Source: a virus
Strand: one strand, 5' to 3'
DNA length: 64,000 nucleotides
IMG/VR virus record: IMGVR_UViG_3300009514_000017
Span: 1-64,000 of that record
The notes beneath the pieces were generated by a model, which was given only the letters and a program-made list of their open reading frames with translations, searched no databases and was not told where the DNA came from. Positions 50,240 through 59,191 of the stretch are shown here, piece after piece. Position 1 is the stretch's first letter, and each line of letters begins with the position of its first letter. The position numbers and the translations under genes were made by a program.

Positions 50240-51059
50240 CTACCATCCTGATTGGCATTGGGGTGCCAAAGTGTTGGTAACGAATTACATCTACTATAGT
50301 CATTGCACTCCTCCACTCGTCTATGGTGGAGGTCCAAGCACCTTCTTTCCTGTTCCAGTCTGCAACTCTGAGCAGGTAGGCTGGGTGGAATGTGGCCATC
50401 ACTGGGTATATGATGGGTGCAATGTTTCCACGAATCTCGACCTCGAAGATCTGACCGTGCTTCTTGGTGATCTCCATCTTCTTTCCCGTCAGCGTTTCCA
50501 ATGCGACCTTGCCTGACGAGATGATCAGTATCGGATCAACGATGTAGATCAAATTCCTGACCCGCTCCCAACAAGCCTTGGCCCAGGCAGCTACCGGTGT
50601 GACGTTGTCTTCTGGACGACATGCCACGATGTTGGTCACGAAGAATTGTTCTCTTCGATACTCGAACATCTTCTCGTGGAAATGAGTCTCGGCTTGACGA
50701 GACGCTCGCTTCATTGGCTTGAACCACTTCCACAACTCCTGGATGCCAGAGTCGTCTGAGGTCATGGCTATGAGCTTGTTCATCAGCCGACCAGAATCTC
50801 CAACGAAAGGGATTCCCGTCTGGTCTTCCACTTCTCCAGGAGCTTCACCGATGATCATTACGTCGGCGTCTGGGTTACCGTCAGCAAACACAATTCCGTG
50901 TTCGCGCTGCTGGTGCAGTGGACATGCCATGCAGTTTTCCCACTGCGAGTACAACTCCTGTAGCTGTTGTGCCTTGTCACCGCTGAAGATTCCCAATGGG
51001 AGTCCGTCGTACTTCTTCGCCTTCAGCTTTCTTGGGCTTCTGGTTTTAGCTGTTGTCAT
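50220..51059 (-). CDS. udg: uracil-DNA glycosylase family 4 (Fe-S)
   Basis: CMACPLH..VFADGNPDADVMIIGEAPG..ED..G.PFVG.SG..TNIVACRP..HPAYLLR. Confidence 0.93.
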   Translation of the reverse strand: MTTAKTRSPRKLKAKKYDGLPLGIFSGDKAQQLQELYSQWENCMACPLHQQREHGIVFADGNPDADVMIIGEAPGEVEDQTGIPFVGDSGRLMNKLIAMTSDDSGIQELWKWFKPMKRASRQAETHFHEKMFEYRREQFFVTNIVACRPEDNVTPVAAWAKACWERVRNLIYIVDPILIISSGKVALETLTGKKMEITKKHGQIFEVEIRGNIAPIIYPVMATFHPAYLLRVADWNRKEGAWTSTIDEWRSAMTIVDVIRYQHFGTPMPIRMVDGTAYN

Positions 51060-51521
51060 TCAACCTCTCGTTCCCACCCTCGGTGGTAGGGTGAGACCAG
51101 CGTTAACCGCAGATCTCATCTTCTTATCCTCGAAATACTGGATGAGATTGACGGCCAACTTCATCTGGTTCTCAGAGCTGAGACTAGTCGCCCACTGCGC
51201 AGCGACCGGAGCTATCTGTACAACCTCGTCATCTATGAATGCCAGGCTCATAGTGACAGCAGTCTCTATCATGCCCTCCGGACGCATCTGCCTAAGTATT
51301 GAGAACCTGATGGGGTTCTTCAGATCGATGGCCTGACCAGCGAGTGAAGCCGAACGCTCCACTTGCATAACCTCTCCTATCAAGAAATCACTCCCATTGA
51401 AGTACGCGATTATAACTCGGCTGAAGTTGCAACCGTAGTCGCAGCTGAGAGTTTCAATTAGCTCTTTAACCCTCCTCATCTCTGAGATCTTGTTCTGATA
51501 GTCTTCTGAGCTCATCGTCAT
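51060..51521 (-). CDS. hypothetical protein
   Basis: On the operon strand between the helicase and UDG; start uncertain. Confidence 0.6.
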   Translation of the reverse strand: MTMSSEDYQNKISEMRRVKELIETLSCDYGCNFSRVIIAYFNGSDFLIGEVMQVERSASLAGQAIDLKNPIRFSILRQMRPEGMIETAVTMSLAFIDDEVVQIAPVAAQWATSLSSENQMKLAVNLIQYFEDKKMRSAVNAGLTLPPRVGTRG

Positions 51522-52935
51522 ACAATCCTTGTAGTTCTGGGGGTAGTGTTTGAGGTTGTATAGAAGGATTCACTTGGTTGAATGTGTACCCCCAATGCTT
51601 CAGATCTCTTCTGACTGACTGACACATACGTTTCAAGGTAGGCATGGTCCAGTCTTCGAAGATTACGAAGATGGGGTTGGGTTTGCCAGGCAGGAATCTC
51701 TGTATCCTGCCCATTGACTGCTGAAGAGACGTCTTGGCTTTGAATGGTGTCAACCAGAACAACAGATCTAGCTCGTCATCATCTACGCCTTGAGATCCTA
51801 GTCTCGAGATGGCAAAGCACACTCGACTGTTCCGAAGCACGTCTGTTCTCTCATGCTTCGGAGTTTCCTGAATGATGATCCCAGACTCCGGGAATATGGC
51901 GTGCATCAATTTCAACTGCGCTTTGGAGTGAGATAGGCAGAGAACCTTCCTGCCCTGATCCAACGCTGTCTTGATGTGCCAATAGCGGTAGATGTTGCTG
52001 GTTAAGTCCACCCCTAGTGCGCTTCGGACGAGTGAGATGTTTCTCGTTGCTCCGATCAGACCGACGTTCGGATCCAACATGACTGGGGTGCGCTGGAAGA
52101 AGATGTCTGGAATTAGATCTTGAGTCAGGTCCGTGTAGAACGGGAGACCGATGTTGCTGGTATAGATTGGATCTAGTCCATCTTCTCTCTTGACTGTTGC
52201 TGTTAGCCCAATTCGGTTTCCAAAGAACGGTGGTGCGGTCAGGCTGAACTTCGGAGCACCAATCTGGTGAACTTCATCGTAGACGATCAGTCCGTAGTAG
52301 CGGAACATCTCTTCTGGAACTTCCCCCTTTTCTATCTTCTGCCAGAGCGTGGTGACCAAAGCTATGACTAAGGGTTTTTGCCACTCGAACTTCTTCCCAC
52401 TGATGATCCCGACACGACCCTTGAAGTTCAACCCTGGATCTTGCTCTCTCCCCTCGGTGTCGTCACCATAGATCGCACGCTCCCATTGGTCCATGATCCC
52501 CCCATCAGGAACAACGACTAGGGTTGGGGCTCCAACCTGTGCTATTTTCTTCAGTGCTAACTTAGTTTTGCCTTTCCCACAAGCCAGATTGAAGATGCCG
52601 TTGTCGTGAGTAGCTAGTGCCTGCCACGCCTTCTCCTGATCTTCGTTTCGAGGGATAACAAGATCTTGGAACTCGACTTTTTGGAATGTAGGACGTAGAT
52701 CTACAAACTCGAAATCGTATTTGGGGTAGTCAGCAACTGATACGAATTCTCTAGGAGTGATAATGTGGTGCTCGGATTCCTCCCAGAGATGTATTACTAT
52801 CTGTCCATCAGGAGTTGGGACCGAGAACTCGAGCGCAGACTTCACCCAGTGAGGTCTGATGTGCCTCTTTGGTAGCCACAATCTATTGGAGATGTAGGCT
52901 TTATCAGGGTCCTTGCGGTAGAACTCCAGATTCAT
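51466..52935 (-). CDS. superfamily 2 DNA helicase (UvsW/XPB-like)
   Basis: LACGKGKT, DEVH, GLTAT, QSMGRIQR. Confidence 0.9.
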   Translation of the reverse strand: MNLEFYRKDPDKAYISNRLWLPKRHIRPHWVKSALEFSVPTPDGQIVIHLWEESEHHIITPREFVSVADYPKYDFEFVDLRPTFQKVEFQDLVIPRNEDQEKAWQALATHDNGIFNLACGKGKTKLALKKIAQVGAPTLVVVPDGGIMDQWERAIYGDDTEGREQDPGLNFKGRVGIISGKKFEWQKPLVIALVTTLWQKIEKGEVPEEMFRYYGLIVYDEVHQIGAPKFSLTAPPFFGNRIGLTATVKREDGLDPIYTSNIGLPFYTDLTQDLIPDIFFQRTPVMLDPNVGLIGATRNISLVRSALGVDLTSNIYRYWHIKTALDQGRKVLCLSHSKAQLKLMHAIFPESGIIIQETPKHERTDVLRNSRVCFAISRLGSQGVDDDELDLLFWLTPFKAKTSLQQSMGRIQRFLPGKPNPIFVIFEDWTMPTLKRMCQSVRRDLKHWGYTFNQVNPSIQPQTLPPELQGLYDDELRRLSEQDLRDEEG

Positions 52936-52970
52936 TGAACCTCCAACACTCCCCCCCGGAGTGTCGGACT

Positions 52971-53534
52971 CTACTTCTTGGGGATGACAACTGCTGGAAA
53001 CAGGGTCGCCTGCCTGAATGCTAGCAGGGCTTGTTCACAGATGGCTTCTCCAACTCTCAGGGCGATGTTCTTAGAAACCCTAGCCATGAACGTCTCACCC
53101 TGAAACTGCGGCCGGAAGGGTGGAGGAACAGAATAGATGGCATGAAACATCGGATCTTGTACCGACCCGTAAATCCCGATGCCTCCACCGTATGGAGGCT
53201 GGACTCCGGGCATCGCACCGAAGTTCTGAGTTGGAACCGGCTGTAGGCGGTTCGGAATCTGGACCGGGACCATCTGGCCATACTGCTGCTGTGGCGCTAC
53301 AGGAGGCGCTCTGTATGGTGCAGGTGGAGCGTACAGAGGTAGCCTCCGTTGCTGAGGAGGCTGTGGAGCTATGGGAGATGGTGCGGGTCGAAATGCCTGT
53401 GATTGGTACATGGATTCCTGTACCTTCGCGCGGCATTCCGAGTTTACGTCACAACTCTCACACACTCGGGAATCATTCTCGTATGATCCCCAACACTGTG
53501 GTCTTTCAGCGGTTTGGTACTTCCAGTTCGGCAT
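52971..53534 (-). CDS. Cys4 plus Pro/Gln-rich protein, first gene of the replication block
   Basis: ATG at 53534 after AAAGGAG; CWG..CESC...C followed by P/Q/Y-rich low complexity. Confidence 0.7.
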   Translation of the reverse strand: MPNWKYQTAERPQCWGSYENDSRVCESCDVNSECRAKVQESMYQSQAFRPAPSPIAPQPPQQRRLPLYAPPAPYRAPPVAPQQQYGQMVPVQIPNRLQPVPTQNFGAMPGVQPPYGGGIGIYGSVQDPMFHAIYSVPPPFRPQFQGETFMARVSKNIALRVGEAICEQALLAFRQATLFPAVVIPKK

Positions 53535-53564
53535 GACTCTCCTTTCGGTTGCTAATCTGCCCAC

Positions 53565-53575
53565 TCCTTATACCC
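53565..53575 (-). promoter_or_regulatory. candidate phage-specific promoter element GGGTATAAGGA
   Basis: About 30 nt upstream of the first - strand gene; a similar GGGCATAAGAG sits at the other divergence point (59622-59632). Confidence 0.4.
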
Positions 53576-53616
53576 TCGAACTGAGCAGTCTTGTTCGTCG
53601 GTTTTCCCATGTAGCG

Positions 53617-53649
53617 TCGTTGACTGTAGACTATCCAGCTGCCTACACT
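53617..53649 (+). promoter_or_regulatory. sigma70-like promoter TCG-TTGACT-N18-TACACT
   Basis: -35 at 53620-53625, -10 at 53644-53649, 12 nt before the ATG at 53662. Confidence 0.65.
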
Positions 53650-53661
53650 CGGACCTGATGG

Positions 53662-54795
53662 ATGGCTCATGTCCTGGAGATCAAGATGAAAACTGCCGGT
53701 GTTGTGTTCGACTTCTACGATGACCCTTCCGGAGAGATTCTGAAGACGGCTTTCCCTACTCAGGAAGCACTACCAGGTTTGATCAAGACGGCGCATATCC
53801 TCAACGATATGGAGAGGAAGGTTCTTAGAGACGAAGCTTACGCGCTCGTGTTTGAAAACGATGGAGTTACTCTTCGCAAGTTTGCCTGTATAGACCCAGG
53901 AAACACCCTGATGTCAGCTGTCTATTTTGAGAAGACGGCTTACAAGCTTCCAGAGGAGCTTAGAGAAGAGGCTCGGACCAAGATAGCTTCGAGGCTGAAG
54001 GAGTTCTTTCCGCCAGATCCACTGGACAAGCTGGCAGTTCATCTTGGGATGTCAAAGAAGCGCGACCCAAGGAAGATGAAGGACGACAACTCTGGCCAGA
54101 AAGATTGGGAGGATAGGACAAATATGGTTCAGGGGTTCGTTGAGGGAGATGATTCTCCTGGTGCAGCTCAGACCAAGACTTCTATGCCGGTAGCATACGA
54201 TGAGGTTAAGGCAGCGGTTCAGTATTTCAATGATCTGTGGCCAGAGATGTCACCGCTACAGAGGCATGAGTTCGCAGAGAAGACTGCATCTCGAGCTGAT
54301 GAGCTAGGCATCGAGGTTTCTGACAGGATGCGTAGGTATGGGTCTACATCTTACGCAGAAGATGTAGACGATCACCTGACGTCCCGCGCAGCCCATGCTC
54401 CTGTATACAAGGAGGTGTATGCCTCCTTGAAGGAGAAGAGGGCCAGTCTGGAGCCAGAGGAGTTTGCAGTTCTGCTTCAGACGGCTGACGACTCCGCAGA
54501 CCTAGTTCGGTTCTACGGCGGTGTTATTCAAGACCCGTACTTCTCGACCTTTGGATACGTTGACAAGCTGGCATCTTGGTCATGGACTGGCCCGACCGGG
54601 GACCATGTGAACTCCGAACAGTTGGATCGTCTGGCGCGCAATGCCAGGCCGCTGCTGAAGAAGCACTTCAGTGACGAAATGGTAGATGAGTTTTGTAAGA
54701 GCCCGGTCGAGATCTTCGAGTCTCTTCCAGATGACATGAAGATCATCTTGTCCAGGTTGGGGAGTGACGAGTTCACCAACTTCGGTGAGAACTGA
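53662..54795 (+). CDS. putative head/scaffold-type protein with repeated K-x-A motifs
   Basis: MKTAG, IKTAH, EKTAY, TKIAS, DKLAV, EKTAS, EKRAS, DKLAS; upstream of portal. Confidence 0.65.
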   Translation: MAHVLEIKMKTAGVVFDFYDDPSGEILKTAFPTQEALPGLIKTAHILNDMERKVLRDEAYALVFENDGVTLRKFACIDPGNTLMSAVYFEKTAYKLPEELREEARTKIASRLKEFFPPDPLDKLAVHLGMSKKRDPRKMKDDNSGQKDWEDRTNMVQGFVEGDDSPGAAQTKTSMPVAYDEVKAAVQYFNDLWPEMSPLQRHEFAEKTASRADELGIEVSDRMRRYGSTSYAEDVDDHLTSRAAHAPVYKEVYASLKEKRASLEPEEFAVLLQTADDSADLVRFYGGVIQDPYFSTFGYVDKLASWSWTGPTGDHVNSEQLDRLARNARPLLKKHFSDEMVDEFCKSPVEIFESLPDDMKIILSRLGSDEFTNFGEN

Positions 54796-54796
54796 T

Positions 54797-55030
54797 ATGG
54801 AGACTGTATCTCTCCACTCTTTTGCAGATGAGCTTCAGCAGATCTTGGAGAAGGATGCGGGACTCAAGGATTTTTTCATCCGAAAGGTTGCACCTGAGTC
54901 CAGCAAGAGGTTAGCTAGAACAAAAGTCGTATCAAACATCACTGGAGCTTTTCCTAGATCAGTCAAGCCGGTTAAACCGATAGACATGGGTGATACGTGG
55001 TTGGCAAAAGCTGGACTTCGACCTGCGTAG
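54797..55030 (+). CDS. small protein with SFADEL..EKDAG motif
   Basis: ATG at 54797, 1 nt after the previous stop; METVSLHSFADELQQILEKDAG. Confidence 0.65.
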   Translation: METVSLHSFADELQQILEKDAGLKDFFIRKVAPESSKRLARTKVVSNITGAFPRSVKPVKPIDMGDTWLAKAGLRPA

Positions 55031-55037
55031 GTAGTCT

Positions 55038-55970
55038 ATGAACCAGCCAGAGATCGAATTCTACAAGCGCTTGACTGAATTCGTTCCGACTGCTCCTACT
55101 GAAGGCAGTCCTGTAGAGGAACGTTTCAAGGCTGTTCCAGATTACAAGATCCCAGTTAGCCCTAAGAACCTCTTCACTCATCAGGAAATCCACCCCATCG
55201 TTCTAGACCTATCTCTACTAAAGGCTTTCGGTGAGGAGTGGTACTACTGGGAAGTTCCGACTCTGTGGAAGTCCATCCACGACGAGTTCAAGTCCAAGGT
55301 GTCGGAGTCGAACAGAGCCAAGATCAACGCTGTAAGAACTGCAAGAATCACCACCCTACCGTGGGATAGCTGGCACGTTTTCGAGAATGTGGTACTAGCA
55401 CTAGATGGATTTGTTCCACGGTGGGACATCCTACAGAAAGTAGATCTTGAGTCACTGTTCGTAGGAGTGGACATCCTGGAGCAGATCAGACCTGAGGACT
55501 ATTCGGAAGATGTCCGCAACTACATAGCTGCTGTCTTCTTGGATGATGATGTCTTCTTCACCCCTCCACCACTAGAGTTTTCACAGGCAGAAGTCTCGCA
55601 GCCCTATTACCTTTGCAAGGATTGTGGAAATGAGGAGTGGGCGCTACATCACGATGGCATCTGCTCCGTGTGCTCTGGTAGATACGATCCAGAGAACGGT
55701 TTGTCGATGCGGCCTTCCCAAGAAGCCATAGACAAGAAGCTCGGGCAGAACACCGTGTTACGATACAAGTTCGACCCTGGGCCTGAGCAGAGAGTCTGGG
55801 ATCTAGTGGCCAGGTCCAAGAATGAGCAGTCGATTTTGAAGGTGGCTGGTCCAGCAGAGATAGGTGTGTCAAAGCTGCTGGATGCTAGAGACCTCATGAA
55901 CATCAGGCGCAGACAGCTCAAGAACCAGCTGACCGCTCTCAAGTCTTGGCTGAACTCGAGGTCTTCATGA
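55038..55970 (+). CDS. hypothetical protein with Zn ribbon
   Basis: CKDCG...CSVCSG. Confidence 0.7.
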   Translation: MNQPEIEFYKRLTEFVPTAPTEGSPVEERFKAVPDYKIPVSPKNLFTHQEIHPIVLDLSLLKAFGEEWYYWEVPTLWKSIHDEFKSKVSESNRAKINAVRTARITTLPWDSWHVFENVVLALDGFVPRWDILQKVDLESLFVGVDILEQIRPEDYSEDVRNYIAAVFLDDDVFFTPPPLEFSQAEVSQPYYLCKDCGNEEWALHHDGICSVCSGRYDPENGLSMRPSQEAIDKKLGQNTVLRYKFDPGPEQRVWDLVARSKNEQSILKVAGPAEIGVSKLLDARDLMNIRRRQLKNQLTALKSWLNSRSS

Positions 55971-56503
55971 TTGATTATTCAGCCTTCACTGATGAGCTGG
56001 AGAAGATTGGTGGAGTAGGAACCTTTCTTCAGAAACAGATCAAAAACGTTGGCAACACGATTAATGACTTTGCTAATCCCATAAAATCCATGAAGGCTGG
56101 ATGGGAGTCTGGTGCTGCCGGTAGATCGTTTGGTGGATGGGGCGGTAAGCTACTGACAGACAAAAATAAGCCGTCGTTCTGGCGTCATCTACCTGTAGGA
56201 CCCAAGGCTCAGATAACAGGCTTTACTGCACTTGAAGCTCCAGGCGCCCTCGCCAAAGAAGACCCTAGTGGCGAGGGGCGATCTCGTCTGCGTCGTGTAT
56301 CTGGAACCCTTGGTGGGACCGGAGGTTTTTTGGTCGGTGGTAGACATGGACTCCTTGGCTCTCTGGTTGGTGGAGCCATTGGCCAGAAGATGTTGAGTGG
56401 GTCTGTAGGATTAGGGGAGAGCACTGTAGAAGCTGTCAAGCAACTCAAACGTCAGAGAAAGTTTAATGCATTGAATACAACGCAGACCCCCGTGGGGCCG
56501 TAA
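55967..56503 (+). CDS. glycine-zipper protein with AFTDELEKIG motif (putative ejection/membrane-channel protein)
   Basis: ATGA overlap; GTLGGTGGFLVGG..GLLGSLVGGAIG. Confidence 0.65.
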   Translation: MIDYSAFTDELEKIGGVGTFLQKQIKNVGNTINDFANPIKSMKAGWESGAAGRSFGGWGGKLLTDKNKPSFWRHLPVGPKAQITGFTALEAPGALAKEDPSGEGRSRLRRVSGTLGGTGGFLVGGRHGLLGSLVGGAIGQKMLSGSVGLGESTVEAVKQLKRQRKFNALNTTQTPVGP

Positions 56504-58509
56504 TGTCGTCAGATCTAGACTTCTACAACTCCCTGTCTGGCGTATCCAGATTCTCTGGTGTTCGTGGTCGGCTCTCGCAAGGTGGGTCGTTTCCAGCTCG
56601 CTATCCATCCCCATTCTTCGATCTCGGTCATACTTGGCTACCACACTCGATTGGCAAGCTGCATCAGTGGTGCCGCTACTATTACCTAGTCAATCCACTG
56701 ATCAATGCCGTCATTCACAAGATGGCGGAATATCCAATCACTGAGATTGTCGTCAACGAGGTAAACAAGACCACCAAGGAAAAGTGGGAGCACATTCTAG
56801 GACAGCATCTTCGTATTCGTGCGTTCCAGGTAGAAGCTGGCCTCGACTACTTCACTTACGGGATCTGCATTATCACGATGCACTTCCCATTCGAGAAGTA
56901 TCTCGCTTGCACGAACTGCAAGTTCGAGGACAAGGCCAGCAACCTCAAGTACAAGTGGCGCAACCTGAACTACATCCTTCGTTGTCCCAAGTGTGACCAC
57001 GAGGGGCCAACCAAGGTTCGAGACCAGTACCTGAAGGACTTCCGTCGAATCAGGTTGATGAGATGGAATCCAGAGTACGTCTACATAGAGCAGGGGTTTG
57101 CTGGCGCGGAGCCCATCTACACTTTTATGGTTCCGAAGGGTCTCAAAAACGAGATCATGATGGGCAAGACCCGCGTTCTCAACACGGTTCCAGATATCTA
57201 CATTGAAGCGTTGAAGCGCAACAGGAATATAGCGTTCGCTCCAGAGAACATGTTCGTGATGAAGCGGCCAATCATCTCTCAGAGAGAGACGGGTTGGGGT
57301 ATGCCTCTCATCCTTCCTGTTCTGAAGGACGCTTTCTACCTTCAGATCTTGCGCAAGTCTCAGGAAGCTATAGCTTCTGAGCATATCGTTCCACTTCGTG
57401 TTCTGTTCCCTCAGGCAGGAAGCGGAACGAGCGATCCATATACCTCAATCCCAATTGAGTCTTGGAGGTCCCGTATAGAGCGTGAGATCACCAAGTGGAA
57501 GTACGACCCAAACTACATTCCTGTTCTTCCTCTACCTATTGGGTCTCAGTCCATTGGTGGAGATCAGAAAGCTTTGAATCTGCACCAGGAGATCAGCCTC
57601 TGGTCTGAGCAGATCGTTGCAGGAATGGGAGTGCCGAGAGAGTTCGTGTTCGGCGGCCTTACATTCTCTGGCTCCAACGTGTCGATGAGGATGTTGGAGA
57701 ACGCTTTCATCAACTACCGTATCGACCAAGACAACCTCTTGAATGAGTTCATCATCAGGAGAGTTGCAGACTACATGGGTTGGCCATCGGTGCGCGTATC
57801 TATGCGCAAGTTCAAGATGGCAGACGATCTACAGAGGATGAGCTTCCAGTTCCAGCTCAACCAGGCAATGAAGATCTCAGACGAGTCTCTGTTGAAGGAA
57901 TGCGACCACGATCCAGTAGTTGAGAAGGAGCGCAAGGAGCGTGAGGTTGGAGCTCAACTCGAGTACCAGCGCAAGATGCAGCTATCACAGGCTGAGACTC
58001 AGGGTCAGATGTTGCTTGTTCAGTCTCGCTATCAGGCTGCTGCCCAAAGCATGTTGGCTCCGGCTATGCCTGTGCAGCCTGGAGCTCAACAGGGTGCAGC
58101 ACAGCTCGGTGGCCAGCAGGGTGAGATGGTTTCAGGAGACCAACTTGGAATTCCTGGAGTTCCTGGTGACGTTTCTGTCTCTCCAGAGAATGCTCAACAG
58201 CAGCCAGTTGAAGGAGTTCCGACTGAAGCTCAGAGTCCTCTCAGCATGAACACACAGGGTGCTGGGATAGACATTAGGTACGTTGCTAAGAGGGTACTGG
58301 CTCAAATCCAGAAGCTGTATGCCCAAGATCCACAGCAGGCGAACATGAAGCTTGAGGAGATCAGGGCATCCAATCCACAGCTATATAGTCTTCTCATCCA
58401 GATGGCTAACAGTAGGGTTGGCTCTCAAACCGATCCACTAAATCCGGTTCAGTCTCCGCAGCCACAGGTGAAGCCACCTCGTAGCCCCAAGTCTCCAGCG
58501 GCTGCGTGA
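56503..58509 (+). CDS. portal protein with Zn-ribbon insertion and Q/P-rich C-terminus
   Basis: YYLVNPLINAVIHKMAEYP; GWGMPLI; IVAGMGVPREFVFGG...SNV; size and architecture fit large-phage portals. Confidence 0.75.
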   Translation: MSSDLDFYNSLSGVSRFSGVRGRLSQGGSFPARYPSPFFDLGHTWLPHSIGKLHQWCRYYYLVNPLINAVIHKMAEYPITEIVVNEVNKTTKEKWEHILGQHLRIRAFQVEAGLDYFTYGICIITMHFPFEKYLACTNCKFEDKASNLKYKWRNLNYILRCPKCDHEGPTKVRDQYLKDFRRIRLMRWNPEYVYIEQGFAGAEPIYTFMVPKGLKNEIMMGKTRVLNTVPDIYIEALKRNRNIAFAPENMFVMKRPIISQRETGWGMPLILPVLKDAFYLQILRKSQEAIASEHIVPLRVLFPQAGSGTSDPYTSIPIESWRSRIEREITKWKYDPNYIPVLPLPIGSQSIGGDQKALNLHQEISLWSEQIVAGMGVPREFVFGGLTFSGSNVSMRMLENAFINYRIDQDNLLNEFIIRRVADYMGWPSVRVSMRKFKMADDLQRMSFQFQLNQAMKISDESLLKECDHDPVVEKERKEREVGAQLEYQRKMQLSQAETQGQMLLVQSRYQAAAQSMLAPAMPVQPGAQQGAAQLGGQQGEMVSGDQLGIPGVPGDVSVSPENAQQQPVEGVPTEAQSPLSMNTQGAGIDIRYVAKRVLAQIQKLYAQDPQQANMKLEEIRASNPQLYSLLIQMANSRVGSQTDPLNPVQSPQPQVKPPRSPKSPAAA

Positions 58510-58511
58510 GG

Positions 58512-58742
58512 TCATCTGCCATCTTCAGGAAACCAATCCTGAAATTGGTTTACTATTTCCCAAGTCTCTCTCAAAGTCTCACTAGCTCGGGAGAATGCTT
58601 GTTGTACTTCTTCCGGCGCCTTCTGAAACGACATCTTCATCCACAGATCGTATTGAGTCATCCATAGCGCTCGGATGTCTTCGCAATGGCTTTCTATGTC
58701 GTCGCGATAAACTGGTTCTAGATACGGGTTTATACGCGCCAT
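58512..58742 (-). CDS. hypothetical protein
   Basis: TGATG coupling; convergent with portal. Confidence 0.55.
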   Translation of the reverse strand: MARINPYLEPVYRDDIESHCEDIRALWMTQYDLWMKMSFQKAPEEVQQAFSRASETLRETWEIVNQFQDWFPEDGR

Positions 58743-59191
58743 CAGCCATCATCTCCCAACAGTTTCTCTGAGCAGTCGTAGCACACGGAGTCAATCTCAC
58801 ATCCACATGCCTGACACACTCCGTTGGTCATCTCTTCTAGCTCAGTCATGAATCCATCGTCGACGTTACTGATGATAAACTCACACACGCATTCCGGATG
58901 TAGGTTGACTCTACCCTCGGTTTCATTTGCGTAGTCGACGATAAGATCCCCAGTCTTCTTGTTTCTGAATACTGCACCATGAAACAACTCGACTGCTTCC
59001 TCACCTAATTCAATCTCATTGCTACACCACTGACACTTCATCATCGCCGCTTGTGGAGGTGGTGTAGGTTGGATCTGCTGCTGGTATGATTGTTGGTAAC
59101 TCGGCTGATACGACTGCTGTGGCGGCTGCGGCTGTTGGCTTCCGTACTGTAGGAAGTTAGGGTCGAAGGTAGGCCATTGAGATTTGCTCAT
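58742..59191 (-). CDS. Q/P/Y-rich N-terminus plus Cys-rich Zn-binding protein
   Basis: ATG at 59191 (ATGA overlap); QQSYQPSYQQSYQQQ; CQWC...HPEC; CQAC..CYDC. Confidence 0.65.
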   Translation of the reverse strand: MSKSQWPTFDPNFLQYGSQQPQPPQQSYQPSYQQSYQQQIQPTPPPQAAMMKCQWCSNEIELGEEAVELFHGAVFRNKKTGDLIVDYANETEGRVNLHPECVCEFIISNVDDGFMTELEEMTNGVCQACGCEIDSVCYDCSEKLLGDDG

